Notes under the pieces: model-generated
The model's database searches: none
The model's input: only the letters and a program-made list of their open reading frames with translations
What the model was told of the DNA's origin: nothing
Part shown: positions 39,166 through 51,926 of the stretch, piece by piece
Numbering within the stretch: position 1 is the first letter of the stretch
How the letters are laid out: each line of letters starts with the position of its first letter
Program-made: the position numbers and the translations under genes
Origin: Eledone cirrhosa
Taxonomy: Eukaryota
NCBI GenBank assembly: GCA_964016885.1
Contig: OZ024743.1
Location: 48,670,001 to 48,734,000 of the forward strand
DNA: 64,000 nt
Direction of reading: 5' to 3'

Positions 39166-40285
39166 CATGTAAATAAATCTACCCATTGATATTATATAAG
39201 TGTGTGTGCACATGTATGTATGTATGTATGTATGTATGTATGTATGTATGTATGTATGTATGTATGTATGCATGTATGTACATATGTATGTATGAATGTA
39301 TGTGTGTATGTGTATATATGTATGTATGTATGTATGTGTGTATGTGTATGTATGTATGTATGTATGTATGTATGTATGTATGTATGTATGTACGTACGTA
39401 TGTATGTTCTGGTTTTATAATTTTATAAATGTTTACCAATAAAGAGAGTTAGTTTCTAACATAGATACAAGACTCTCTCTCCTTGGAATTTCAATATCAA
39501 CTAGGTAGATATGTATGTGTGTCTGCATGCATGTGTGTGTGTGTGTGTGTGCAGGTATGGATATTATTGTATGAGTGGATGTGTAAGTTTTGAGTTATAT
39601 GTATGTATATATGTTTATATGTATGTTATTTGACTTCTTCCAACAAAATAGCTATTAGTTATAAATGGAGGGAATCTTCAGTATAACTTCTTACACTTTT
39701 AACAGATAATTTATAGATAAATAATTTTTATTTAATTTAAAAAAAAATTAAATTAAACTTATAAATATATGATTGGCTCAACAAGAGAAATATAAAAAAA
39801 CCCCACTTTATTATCTTTCTCCCTTTCTGTCTTTATGTCGATAAAACACACCCAGTACACTCTGTAAAGTGGTTGGTGTTAGAAAGGGCATCCATTCAAA
39901 GAAACTTGCTAAACAAAGAGTTGAGAGGATTTTTCAGTTGTGTCAAAGATATAACAACTTCCTAGGCTAGACTGATCAGGACATCTGTTTTGGCTTGGTT
40001 TCTACAGCTGGATGCCTTTCTTAATGCCAGCCACTTTATAGCTTGTACTGGGAGCATTTTATCATGACTTCAGTACTAGTGGCATATAAATGAATGTTGT
40101 TTTTGTTGTTTATTTATAGTGTAAACCTATAAAAGTACTGAATACATTTTTGAAGTAGAAGTGTGTAGAATTTGGTATATGTTTATTTATTCATGTAAAA
40201 TGTTAACTGTGATTATATATCTGAATCAAAGTTTCATACAATTGGTATTAAGTGTGGTGCTGATATTTACTGATAAATTCTTCAG

Positions 40286-40553
40286 TTAACTTTTTTGATA
40301 CTGAATTGCCTGAAACTGCCTTTTGTTCTATGAGACAAAACTGTTAATTTTTAAATGTTTATATTTATCTAAAAAAAAAACTTCCATCATAATTTTATGT
40401 AAGAACTTTTGTTAAGTTATGTTCCAAACACCAAAGTCATAATGAGAAAGTTAGTTATATCACCAAATTCTTTCAAAGTCTTGATTATTTTCAAAATTAT
40501 TTGAAAATCATAAACAGTGTCTTTCATTAGAAATATTGTAACAAAAGTGTTAA
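40286..40553. mobile_element. Degenerate TTAA-bounded (piggyBac-like) MITE
   Basis: ttaacttttttgatac ... gtaacaaaagtgttaa. Related ends at about 9675, 52191, 57742, 59938 and 60739. Confidence 0.55.
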
Positions 40554-41012
40554 AGGATGGTTTGTTGAGAAAGTAATCTTAAAAGCTGAGCACAGCCACA
40601 TATTATTTACCATAAATAGACTACCACCGGGTATATCTGGTTATACCTTAGTTTTGCCGAAACATTACCTTTTATAATGAAATAACTAAGATGACTAGGT
40701 AAACAGCATAAAATGACAATGGAATTCATGGTTCATCATTCCACCATCTTTGGGAAGTATATCCAGCATTGTTAGTGGAATTATTGGTTGCACATTGTTA
40801 GTATAATGAACTTTCATTTATATACACACACAATATATATATATATATATCATCATCATCGTTTAACGTTATCTTCCACGCTAGCATGGGTTAGATGGGA
40901 GTTGTCCACTTGAGGCAAGATTGGTTGGGTGACCATGTCTCGCTCGTATAGGACTGTATATATATATATATATATATATAATGAGAAAAAGATTTACTAT
41001 GTATATATATAA

Positions 41013-41044
<32 letters not shown>

Positions 41045-41259
41045 GCACACACACACACATATATATATGCACACACACATATATGTATATACATACATAC
41101 ACATACATAGATATAAAGATATGCAGATAAATAGATTTGTGTGTGTTTTTGTTCATGTTTATGTTATGTCCATTTATGTCCCATAACTTAGAGGCTTGAC
41201 AAACAGAGATCAATAAAATAAGCACCATTTAGTCAATCCACTAATATTGATCAAGACTA

Positions 41260-41612
41260 TATCATCATCATCATCATCATCGTTTAACGTCCATGTTCCA
41301 CGCTTGCATGGGTTTGGACGGGAGTTTTCCCACTTGAGGCAAGAGTGGTTGTCTTGCTCGCATAGGACTGTCTGGCGGGTTTTCTACGGCTGGATGCCCT
41401 TCCTAACACCAACCACATTTACAGTGTGGGGCTGGGAGGTTTTTACCGTGTTACCTATACGGCCACATTACAGCGTGGACTGTGTGTTTTTTTTTTGTCG
41501 TGACACCTACACGACCTCATTTGTTTTGGCCTGGATGTTGTGGCACCAACATAACTTTACATTGAAAGGGGCGGTGTGGATGGGGTGGGGGTGGTGGGAC
41601 GGGGGTGTATTT
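41260..41612 (-). mobile_element. RTE LINE 3' UTR-only copy
   Basis: Reverse complement of 15475-15820, including the (GAT)n tail. Confidence 0.9.
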
Positions 41613-42999
41613 TGTATGTATATCCTGTTATGTATGTATGTATATCCTATATCCTATTATGTATGTATATCCTATAATGTATGTATATCCTGTTACACTA
41701 TGACATTGGAAGTCATGGTTCATCATTCTGTCATTTACACAGGAATACATCACCAAACCCACTTTTGTTAGTATAATGAGTTCTAATACACATCATTAGT
41801 ATAATGGATACTAAATGGTTAAACAACTATTTACTGTCAGTCTATTTTCTTTGTCTTTCCTTTTTGTAACACTGTCCATTATTAATATATTTATAAACAG
41901 TTCCAATGGAAGGATCTCTCATTATTCTTCCACGAAGTCTTCTTCTAGAAACATTAAAATTTTATTCTCCTTTATGGAAAACCAAATATTACATATTAAA
42001 CCCTGATTTATTCAGACCAGTCTCCTTATCTTGATGTGTATAATCAGGTGGGAACAGTGGGATAAAGTGGCTGGCTGACATGTGCCTACCATTTTGTGTT
42101 GGCCTTGCTTCCCTTAAGTTCTAGTTCTTTTATTCTGTTCTATTTTAATGTAAGCACACCCTGTACACTACATGTCTATGTATATACCCATAACCCATGC
42201 ACAAATCATATGTATTTAGTACTGATAATGCTTAGTGAGCAGTTTAAAATGGAACCTACATTTTACATCTGGCCTGAGATTATTACCAGCCAGAGGTTAG
42301 GATGGCTACATTTTATATCTAACCTCTGCTTATTACCAGCTTGGAGGGCCTACATTTCACATCTGACTTCAGCTTATTATCAGCCAGGGGTGGGGATTGC
42401 CACATTTGACATCTAACCTCTGCTTATTATCAGCTTTGAGGGCCTACATTTCACATCTTGCCTGGGTTTATTAATAATTATTGATCTATTGCCAACTTTG
42501 GGCCTTGTTATAGTCCAGATGTTATAACTGTTGTACCTGTTACCCTTCTTCAGGATTCTTTTGTATTTTAAATGTGACATACACCTAAAGAGGGCCAGAG
42601 GGTATAACAGCTGAAATGCTATGACTATAACAATCCAGGTGAAGACACTAGTCTGAATAAGTCAGAGTATAATAATTGTTTTTACTTTAGTCACAAAGTC
42701 AGTAATTTGAAAGGAAGGGGAAAGTCGATTGAATCGACCCCAGTGCATTACTGGTACTTTATTTTATCGACCCCCGTAAGGATGAAAGACAAAGCAAAAT
42801 TCGGCGGGATTTTAACTCAGAATGTAAAGGGCCGTAACTCTATGCCGGGAAGCAGGGTGTACGACGCTCTACCACTCAGCCAATCTACCACCCTCAGAGA
42901 ATGATAATGGTAATTGCTCTTCACAGAAATTTAGACAGAACCTGTTCCACAGTTGAACTATTTTCACTCACTAAATTATTGATGCCAATGTTAGTTTTC

Positions 43000-43098
43000 T
43001 CTTGCCCTACTACAGGTACAACACTAATCTTCTCTTACCCTACTATAGGTACAACACTAATCATCTCTTACCCTACTACAGGTACAACACTAATTTTC
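43000..43098. repeat. 33-bp tandem repeat, 3 copies
   Basis: ccctacta(c/t)aggtacaacactaatc(t/a)tctctta x3. Confidence 0.85.
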
Positions 43099-43339
43099 TG
43101 GCAAGTTATTGTCTGACACCTTTTTTAATCCAGATATAATTATGGATGGAAATTTCAATTTACTCATGACCCACCAGACTAGTTCCTTCACATTAGGACG
43201 TTACCAGTATTAAATATTTTCACTATCATATTATTATAGTTGAGATGTAGGAAGAGTGTTTCTGATTTTTTAGAATGTTTCTAGTGAATTATTACCTAAA
43301 GTAAAAAAGTCTGTCTTAAGCCAGAAGACACATTAGGCT

Positions 43340-43590
43340 GGTGCTTATCTCGGTTTCATGGCGTGAAGTAACTGAGAGTACAAGACTCCACCCTGGACAG
43401 GACGCCAGTCCATCGCAGGGTTAAACTCCCAGCTATTGCTGGTACTCATTTTGAGCTGAGTAGTCTGGAGCAACCTGAAATGAAGTGTTTTGCTCAAGAA
43501 CACAACACACAACCCAGCCCAGGAATCGACCCACGACATTATGATTGTAAGTCCAACATCCTTACCACTTGGCCACGCACTCCACCACAT
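43340..43590 (-). mobile_element. tRNA-derived SINE of a second family (V-domain-like core)
   Basis: A box TGGCCAAGTGG, B-box-like GGGTCGATTCC, CORE-like TTGAGCAAAACACTT, and CCTGCGATGGACTGGCGTCCTGTCCAGGG. Related heads at about 17830-17990 and 59140-59250. Confidence 0.7.
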
Positions 43591-43774
43591 AGTTATTGCC
43601 TAGTCTTGAAAAATGGATAATCCAGTGTGTCTGAAACCAAGGATGCAAGAAAAAAAAAAAAAAAAAAAAAAAAAAAAACAGTGTTGTACATGTATTTATA
43701 TTTTTTTTCCTCTAATTCTATAAAACTTTATATTAGTAATGAAATAGCTTGATATTCAATTCATACAATGTGAT

Positions 43775-43845
43775 TTATTGGTTTTCCTTTGTACAGATTA
43801 GAGTGCCAAATGGATAATCCCAAAATTTACTGGAAATACCAAAAC
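43775..43845 (-). CDS. FA2H: Fatty acid 2-hydroxylase, last coding exon
   Basis: tttctattttaAG acceptor. Phase-1 join gives GFGISSKFWDYPFGTLICTKENQ*, matching the FA2H C-terminal GFGIS..(L/F)WD..F.T motif. AATAAA overlaps the stop. Confidence 0.92.
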
Positions 43846-44146
43846 CTTAAAATAGAAAAATATTAAAATATAAAAATCAATGAGTCAAATCAATTAATCC
43901 AAGAATTAAATTAAAGAATGAGAAAATGAAAAAATTCAAGAAATCCCAAATAAGATAATTTTCTGATATAGGTCCAAAGTTTGAGAGAAGGAACAAAAGA
44001 AGGAAAATAAATTTTGAGAGGGGGTACAAAAGGTGGAAAGGAGAATAACATCTCTGATATAGGCACATGGTTGGAATTTGGGGAATGGATACAAGGGTGG
44101 AGGTGGGGAGAAGCTGATTGTCATATTGGACCAAGGAAATTACATT

Positions 44147-44370
44147 GGATTTTCATTGCTAATAATATCTATTTCCACTGAGTTTTCATTGCTAATAAAT
44201 CTATTTCCACTGGATTTTCATTGCTAATAAATCTATTTCCACTGGATTTTCATTGCTAATAAATCTATTTCCACTGGATTTTCTATGCTAATAAATCTAT
44301 TTCCACTGGATTTTCTATGCTAATAAATCTATTTCCACGGGATTTTCTATGCTAATAATATCTATCTACC
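44147..44370. repeat. 32-bp tandem repeat, about 7 copies, in the FA2H last intron
   Basis: ggattttc(at/ta)tgctaataaatctatttccact. Confidence 0.9.
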
Positions 44371-44727
44371 ACAACTTCTGGAAGAAGCATCACTGCTTTT
44401 CCAGTGACAAAAAAAAAAAAAAATGACAGAATTTGAACTGAGAACACACAAAGCTGGAATAGATACTGCAAAGCACTTTAACAATTCTGTCAAGCTATTG
44501 CTGTTTAACTGGTACTTTATTTATTGATCCTAAAAGGATGAAAAAAAAAGTTGACCTTAGTAAGATTTGAACTCAGAACACGGAAAATTGTAAGAAGTAC
44601 TATCATATTTAATTCAACAATACAGAAATTCTGCTAATTCACCTATAAAACATTTCTGATATAAGCAGAAGGTTAGAATTTGGGGAAAGGGTACATGTAA
44701 TTGTATGTAATACAATGATCTGTATAA

Positions 44728-45606
44728 TAATTGTTTCTACTTTAGGCACAAGGCCAACAATTACCCAGTACATTACTGGTACTTTATTTTATCGACCCGT
44801 AAGGATGAAAGGCAAAGTTAACCTCGGCGAAATTTGAACTCAGACCATGAAGGGCCGTAACTCTTTGCTGCAAAGCATGGCGTCAGACCCTCTACCGATA
44901 CTGCCAATCCACCACCATAATATATGATAATGTTATGTAAATATATGATAAGGATACATAATATATAATAATTGTTTCTACTTTTGGCACAAGGCCAGCA
45001 ATTACCCAGTGTATTACTGGTACTTTATTTTATTGACCCCCTAAGGATGAAAGGCAAAGTTAACCTCAGCAGGATTTGAACTCAGACCATAAAGGGCCGT
45101 AACTCTATGCAGCAAAGCATGGCGTCCGACCCTCTACCGATACTGCTAATCTACTGCCCTAATATATAATAATAAATTCTGATTTAGGCACAAGGCCAAC
45201 AATTTTGGGGCGAAGGGAAAGTCAATTAAATCGACCCCAGTGATATTACTAGTACTTTATTTTATTGACCCCGTAAGGATGAAAAGCAAAGCTAACCTCA
45301 GCTGGATTTGAACTCAGAACGTAAAAGGCCATAACTCTATGCTGCAAAGCATGTTGCCCGACACTCGACCGATATTGCCAATCCCCCACCCTTTACATAA
45401 TACATAATATATAATAATTTTTTCTACTTTAGGCACAAGGCCAGCAGTTACCCAGTGCATTACTGGTACTTTATTTTATCGACCCCGTAAGGATGAAAGG
45501 AAAAGTTAACCTTGGCGGAATTTGAACTCAGAATGGCAAGGGCCGTAACTCTATATGTCAAAGCATGGCGTCCGACCCTCTACCGATACTGCCAATCCAC
45601 CGCCTT
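44728..45606 (-). mobile_element. Cluster of four head-to-tail tRNA-derived SINE copies
   Basis: Copies at about 44728-44915, 44968-45160, 45172-45392 and 45413-45606, separated by short ATAAT-rich spacers. Further copies at 42670-42895, 46571-46760 and 49568-49760. Confidence 0.88.
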
Positions 45607-45635
45607 TGTATTATATGATAATAATATAATATAAT

Positions 45636-46513
45636 AATGAAATTATTGTGTAAAGTGCTCAGGTGCACTACAACTCATCAAAGGTGCATGTATAGTACAT
45701 AGAATAATATACAAATGTCAGGGAAGTGAATAGTGTATGAGTCATGATATACATGTGTGTATGTGTATGGAGGGGGAACATTAGGTGTAGTGTTGGTGAA
45801 TCTCAGGAAGCATGGGGATTTTAAAGGATGCAGTGTCTCGACAGCTAACAACTGATGCAGGTAGTTTGTTCCATGCTTCAGCAACACTGAGCGTGAAAAA
45901 ATGTTTCTGAAAGTCATGGGAACTGTGCTGTTTTCTGACTTTGTGGACATGTCCACATGGAAATCAAAAAGGTACTCAGGGTTGTTGTTGGCAAGATGGT
46001 TAACAATTTTGTGGGTGTTTACCAAGTCAGTTGCCAGACGTCGGAGCTGCAATGTATCCATGCCCAGGGAAGCAAGGCATTCAGAGTATGGTAGATGCCT
46101 GATGGAGGGTATTTGCTTGGTTGCACGTCTCTGAACAGTTTCCAGGCGGTCAATGTTCTGAGCAAGATGGGGGTTCCAGACTGGTGATGCAAATTCTAAG
46201 TGTGGCCTCACCATAGCTATGTACAGCCTTAAATAGATAGCTGGAGACCGGCTGACAAAGGTCTTGCTGAGTGATGCTAAGACACCCTCAGCCCTCTTGA
46301 CAATTTTAGAGATGTGCTTCATCCAACACAAATCGCTGCTGACCATAATGCCCAGGTCACGTTCACAAGAAGACTTCTTGATATTAGTGTTGTGGAGGGA
46401 GTATGTGGACGCTGGGTTTTTACTCCCAAAATGGGGGTGCACTTGTCCACAGCTAGCTTGAGTTGCCAGTCTGAGATCCATTGTTGCAATATGTCCAGGT
46501 CAGACTGCAACAT
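45636..46513 (-). mobile_element. 5'-truncated CR1-like LINE
   Basis: ORFs 46319..46513 and 45678..46481 match the ORF2 C-terminus of 35574..36455. Confidence 0.9.
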
Positions 46514-46874
46514 ATGACATACAACATAATGCTTTCTTTATTAACCACAAGGGTTGTATGACATACAACATAATTGTTTCTACGTTAGGCACAAGGCCAG
46601 CAATTATCCAGTGCATTACTGGTACTTTATTTTATCGACCCCGTAAGGATGAAAGGCAAAGTTAACCTCGGCGGGATTTGAACTCAGAATGGCAAGGGTC
46701 GTAACTCTATACGTCAAAGCATGGCGTCCGACCCTCTACCAGTACTGCCAATCCACCGCTACAACATAATGATATCTAATATATGATGTCCAACTCTTGC
46801 TAACAAGGATAATGAATATTAAATTATGACCAAGCCAATAATAATGTCATAAATGTTAATGGCCATTCATGAGA

Positions 46875-49568
46875 ATGACTAGGTTTATGACTTACCACTA
46901 TGTTGGTGTACACAATGATGTAATATATAACATATGACAATGATAATGGTGAATCATATGACTAGGTTTATGACTTACCACTATGTTGGTGTACACAATG
47001 ATGTAATATATAACATATGACAATGATAATGGTGAATCATATGACTAGGTTTATGACTTACCACTATGTTGGTGTACACAATGATGTAATATATAACATA
47101 TGACAATGATAATGGTGAATCATATGACTAGGTTTATGACTTACCACTATGTTGGTGTACACAATGATGTAATATATAACATATGACAATGATAATGGTG
47201 AATCATAGGACTAGGTTTATGACTTACCACTATGTTGGTGTACACAATGATGTAATATATAACATATGACAATGATAATGGTGAATCCTATGACTAGGTT
47301 TATGACTTACCACTATGTTGGTGTACACAATGATGTAATATATAACATATGACAATGATAATGGTGAATCATAGGACTAGGTTTATGACTTACCACTATG
47401 TTGGTGTACACAATGATGTAATATATAACATATGACAATGATAATGGTGAATCATATGACTAGGTTTATGACTTACCACTATGTTGGTGTACACAATGAT
47501 GTAATATATAACATATGACAATGATAATGGTGAATCATAGGACTAGGTTTATGACTTACCACTATGTTGGTGTACACAATGATGTAATATATAACATATG
47601 ACAATGATAATGGTGAATCCTATGACTAGGTTTATGACTTACCACTATGTTGGTGTACACAATGATGTAATATATAACATATGACAATGATAATGGTGAA
47701 TCATAGGACTAGGTTTATGACTTACCACTATGTTGGTGTACACAATGATGTAATATATAACATATGACAATGATAATGGTGAATCATATGACTAGGTTTA
47801 TGACTTACCACTATGTTGGTGTACACAATGATGTAATATATAACATATGACAATGATAATGGTGAATCATATGACTAGGTTTATGACTTACCACTATGTT
47901 GGTGTACACAATGATGTAATATATAACATATGACAATGATAATGGTGAATCATATGACTAGGTTTATGACTTACCACTATGTTGGTGTACACAATGATGT
48001 AATATATAACATATGACAATGATAATGGTGAATCATATGACTAGGTTTATGACTTACCACTATGTTGGTGTACACAATGATGTAATATATAACATATGAC
48101 AATGATAATGGTGAATCCTATGACTAGGTTTATGACTTACCACTATGTTGGTGTACACAATGATGTAATATATAACATATGACAATGATAATGGTGAATC
48201 ATATGACTAGGTTTATGACTTACCACTATGTTGGTGTACACAATGATGTAATATATAACATATGACAATGATAATGGTGAATCATATGACTAGGTTTATG
48301 ACTTACCACTATGTTGGTGTACACAATGATGTAATATATAACATATGACAATGATAATGGTGAATCCTATGACTAGGTTTATGACTTACCACTATGTTGG
48401 TGTACACAATGATGTAATATATAACATATGACAATGATAATGGTGAATCATATGACTAGGTTTATGACTTACCACTATGTTGGTGTACACAATGATGTAA
48501 TATATAACATATGACAATGATAATGGTGAATCATATGACTAGGTTTATGACTTACCACTATGTTGGTGTACACAATGATGTAATATATAACATATGACAA
48601 TGATAATGGTGAATCCTATGACTAGGTTTATGACTTACCACTATGTTGGTGTACACAATGATGTAATATATAACATATGACAATGATAATGGTGAATCAT
48701 ATGACTAGGTTTATGACTTACCACTATGTTGGTGTACACAATGATGTAATATATAACATATGACAATGATAATGGTGAATCATATGACTAGGTTTATGAC
48801 TTACCACTATGTTGGTGTACACAATGATGTAATATATAACATATGACAATGATAATGGTGAATCCTATGACTAGGTTTATGACTTACCACTATGTTGGTG
48901 TACACAATGATGTAATATATAACATATGACAATGATAATGGTGAATCCTATGACTAGGTTTATGACTTACCACTATGTTGGTGTACACAATGATGTAATA
49001 TATAACATATGACAATGATAATGGTGAATCATATGACTAGGTTTATGACTTACCACTATGTTGGTGTACACAATGATGTAATATATAACATATGACAATG
49101 ATAATGGTGAATCCTATGACTAGGTTTATGACTTACCACTATGTTGGTGTACACAATGATGTAATATATAACATATGACAATGATAATGGTGAATCATAT
49201 GACTAGGTTTATGACTTACCACTATGTTGGTGTACACAATGATGTAATATATAACATATGACAATGATAATGGTGAATCCTATGACTAGGTTTATGACTT
49301 ACCACTATGTTGGTGTACACAATGATGTAATATATAACATATGACAATGATAATGGTGAATCATATGACTAGGTTTATGACTTACCACTATGTTGGTGTA
49401 CACAATGATGTAATATATAACATATGACAATGATAATGATGAATCATATGACTAGGTTTATGACTTACCACTATGTTGGTGTACACAATGATGTAATATA
49501 TAACATATGACAATGATAATGGTGAATCATAGGACTAGGTTTATGTCTTACCACTATGTTGGTGTACA
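46875..49568. repeat. Minisatellite, 83-bp unit, about 33 copies, derived from the FA2H exon/intron junction
   Basis: Period 83 (46875, 46958, 47041...). The minus-strand unit contains TTACATCATTGTGTACACCAACATAGTG|GTAAGTCATAAACCTAGTC versus the true junction TTACATCATTATGAACATCAACATAGTG|GTAAGTCATAAACCTAGTC at 49828/49827. Confidence 0.97.
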
Positions 49569-49827
49569 TAATTGTTTCTACTTTTGGCACAAGGCCAGCA
49601 ATTATCCCAGTGTATTACTGGTACTTGATTTTATTGACCCCGTAAGGATGAAAGGCAAAGTTCACCAGGCGGGATTTGAACTCAGACCATAAAGGGCCGT
49701 AACTCTTTGCTGCAAAGAATGGCGTCCGACCCTCTACCGATACTGCCAATCCACCACCCTATGATGTAATATATGATATCATATAACAATGATAATGGTG
49801 GATCATATGACTAGGTTTATGACTTAC

Positions 49828-50077
49828 CACTATGTTGATGTTCATAATGATGTAACATGTGATAATGCTTGAGGTCTTTGAAGTAAGCAATGGCTGGAGA
49901 GCCATGGTGGAGGTAGTAGTGGATTAAATCATAGATGAGGTAGCCCATGACGGTGCCAGAAAACAAGGAGTGTGCTACTGACACAGGGTAAAGTAGTAGC
50001 AATATTTTATATATACAGAAGGCAAACATTGATGCTGGAACAGGTGGGAAAACTAAACGGGTTTTGTCCAACGGTGC
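49828..50077 (-). CDS. FA2H: Fatty acid 2-hydroxylase, penultimate coding exon (His-box region)
   Basis: ctctatttcAG acceptor and GTAAGT donor. Translation APLDKTRLVFPPVPAS...GYLIYDLIHYYLHHGSP...LKHYHMLHHYEHQHS(G) has the RLVFPP, YD..HYYLH and H..HH motifs, and joins 43845 in phase. Confidence 0.95.
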
Positions 50078-50119
50078 CTGAAATAGAGAAATACATAGAA
50101 TTACAGATATGTGTGTTGT

Positions 50120-51090
50120 GTTGTGTCTGTGTGGGTTGTGTTTATGTGGGTGCTTGTGTCTGTGTGGGTTGTGTTTATGGGGGTGTTTGTGTCTGTGTGG
50201 GTTGTGTTTATGTGGGTGTTTGTGTCTGTGTGGGTTGTGTTTATGGGGGTGTTTGTGTCTGTGTGGGTTGTGTTTATGGGGGTGTTTGTGTCTGTGTGGG
50301 TTGTGTTTATGTGGGTGTTTGTGTCTGTGTGGGTTGTGTTTATGTGGGTGTTTGTGTCTGTGTGGGTTGTGTTTATGGGGGTGTTTGTGTCTGTGTGGGT
50401 TGTGTTTATGTGGGTGCTTGTGTGTGTGTGAGTTGTGTTTATGTGGGTGCTTGTGTGTGTGGGTTGTGTTTATGAGGGTGTTTGTGTCTGTGTGGGTTGT
50501 ATTTATGTGGGTGTTTGTGTCTGTGTGGGTTGTGTTTATGTGGGTGTTTGTGTCTGTGTGGGTTGTGTTTATGGGGGTGTTTGTGTCTGTGTGGGTTGTG
50601 TTTATGTGGGTGTTTGTGTCTGTGTGGGTTGTGTTTATGTGGGTGTTTGTGTCTGTGTGGGTTGTGTTTATGGGGGTGTTTGTGTCTGTGTGGGTTGTGT
50701 TTATGTGGGTGCTTGTGTGTGTGTGAGTTGTGTTTATGTGGGTGCTTGTGTGTGTGGGTTGTGTTTATGAGGGTGTTTGTGTCTGTGTGGGTTGTGTTTA
50801 TGGGGGTGTTTGTGTCTGTGTGGGTTGTGTTTATGTGGGTGTTTGTGTCTGTGTGGGTTGTGTTTATGGGTGTTTGTGTTGTGTGTCTGTGTAGGTTGTG
50901 TTTATGTGGGTGTTTGTGTCTGTGTGGGTTGTGTTTATGTGGGTGTTTGTGTCTGTGTGGGTTGTGTTTATGTGGGTGTTTGTGTCTGTGTGGGTTGTGT
51001 TTATGTGGGTGTTTGTGTCTGTGTGGGTTGTGTTTATGGGTGTTTGTGTTGTGTGTCTGTGTAGGTTGTGTTTATGTGGGTGTTTGTGTA
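50120..51090. repeat. GT-rich minisatellite, 33-bp unit, about 29 copies, next to the FA2H acceptor
   Basis: tgtgtctgtgtgggttgtgtttatg(t/g)gggtgtt; the 11-codon periodicity is visible in the ORF track. Confidence 0.92.
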
Positions 51091-51926
51091 GGGTTGATGT
51101 GTGAGAGTGTGCATGTGTATGTTAGTAGTGGTGGTGGTGGTGGTGGTGGTGGCAGCAACAGCAGCAGCAGCAATAGTAATAACGGCATCAGCAGCAACAA
51201 CGACGACAGCAACAAGAGAAACAACAACAGCAACAGTGATAGTGTTTGTAATACTAGTACTAAGTAAATAAAGAAATCAACTGCAGCTGTGGATAAGATG
51301 ACCCACCCCTCCTCAACCCTCCCACTAACCCACCCACTACAACAGGACTCACCTAGTAACCAACAGGCACCCAGCCACCCAGCCGTACAGCCAAGAAGTA
51401 AGGTAGGTGTATAGGGCATCTGTTAAGTAGAACCATTGTTGGAAGTTAGCCAAAAGCTGTGGAAGTTTGGCAACAGTAAGAACTGTTTGGAGGAAAAGTA
51501 AGAGCTGCTTATCAGGAAATCCTAATGAGATTCTCACCAGCAGACATATATTCTTTGGATGTTGAGGAGGTGGAAATGCGGATGTAAGACATGAGAAGCC
51601 ACACAGACCAACTGCTGAGGTAACAAGCCACGGCAGTGTGTATCAATTATATAGCAGAGCCACCTTCCATTCCAACAATATTTGATATTATAAATTGTTT
51701 TTGAAATTTTAAACTGTGCCTAGTTTATATTTTATCTCTGTGAGATAATTTTGTAGTTAGTTAGCTGCCAGCAGATAGGTCAGTTTCATAGTATCACTCC
51801 CAAACCCACCTCCACCTCATCATCATAATCATCATCATCATCATTATCATCATTATCATCATTATCATCATCATCACTACCATCAGCTCATTTGATACCA
51901 ACCCATCTAAAACTATATCTGGTTAA

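Noticed and set aside
49972-51267. Cys/Val/Gly-rich ORFs resembling metallothionein or keratin-associated proteins
   Set aside because: Translations of a GT-rich 33-bp minisatellite, open in several frames and antisense within an FA2H intron.
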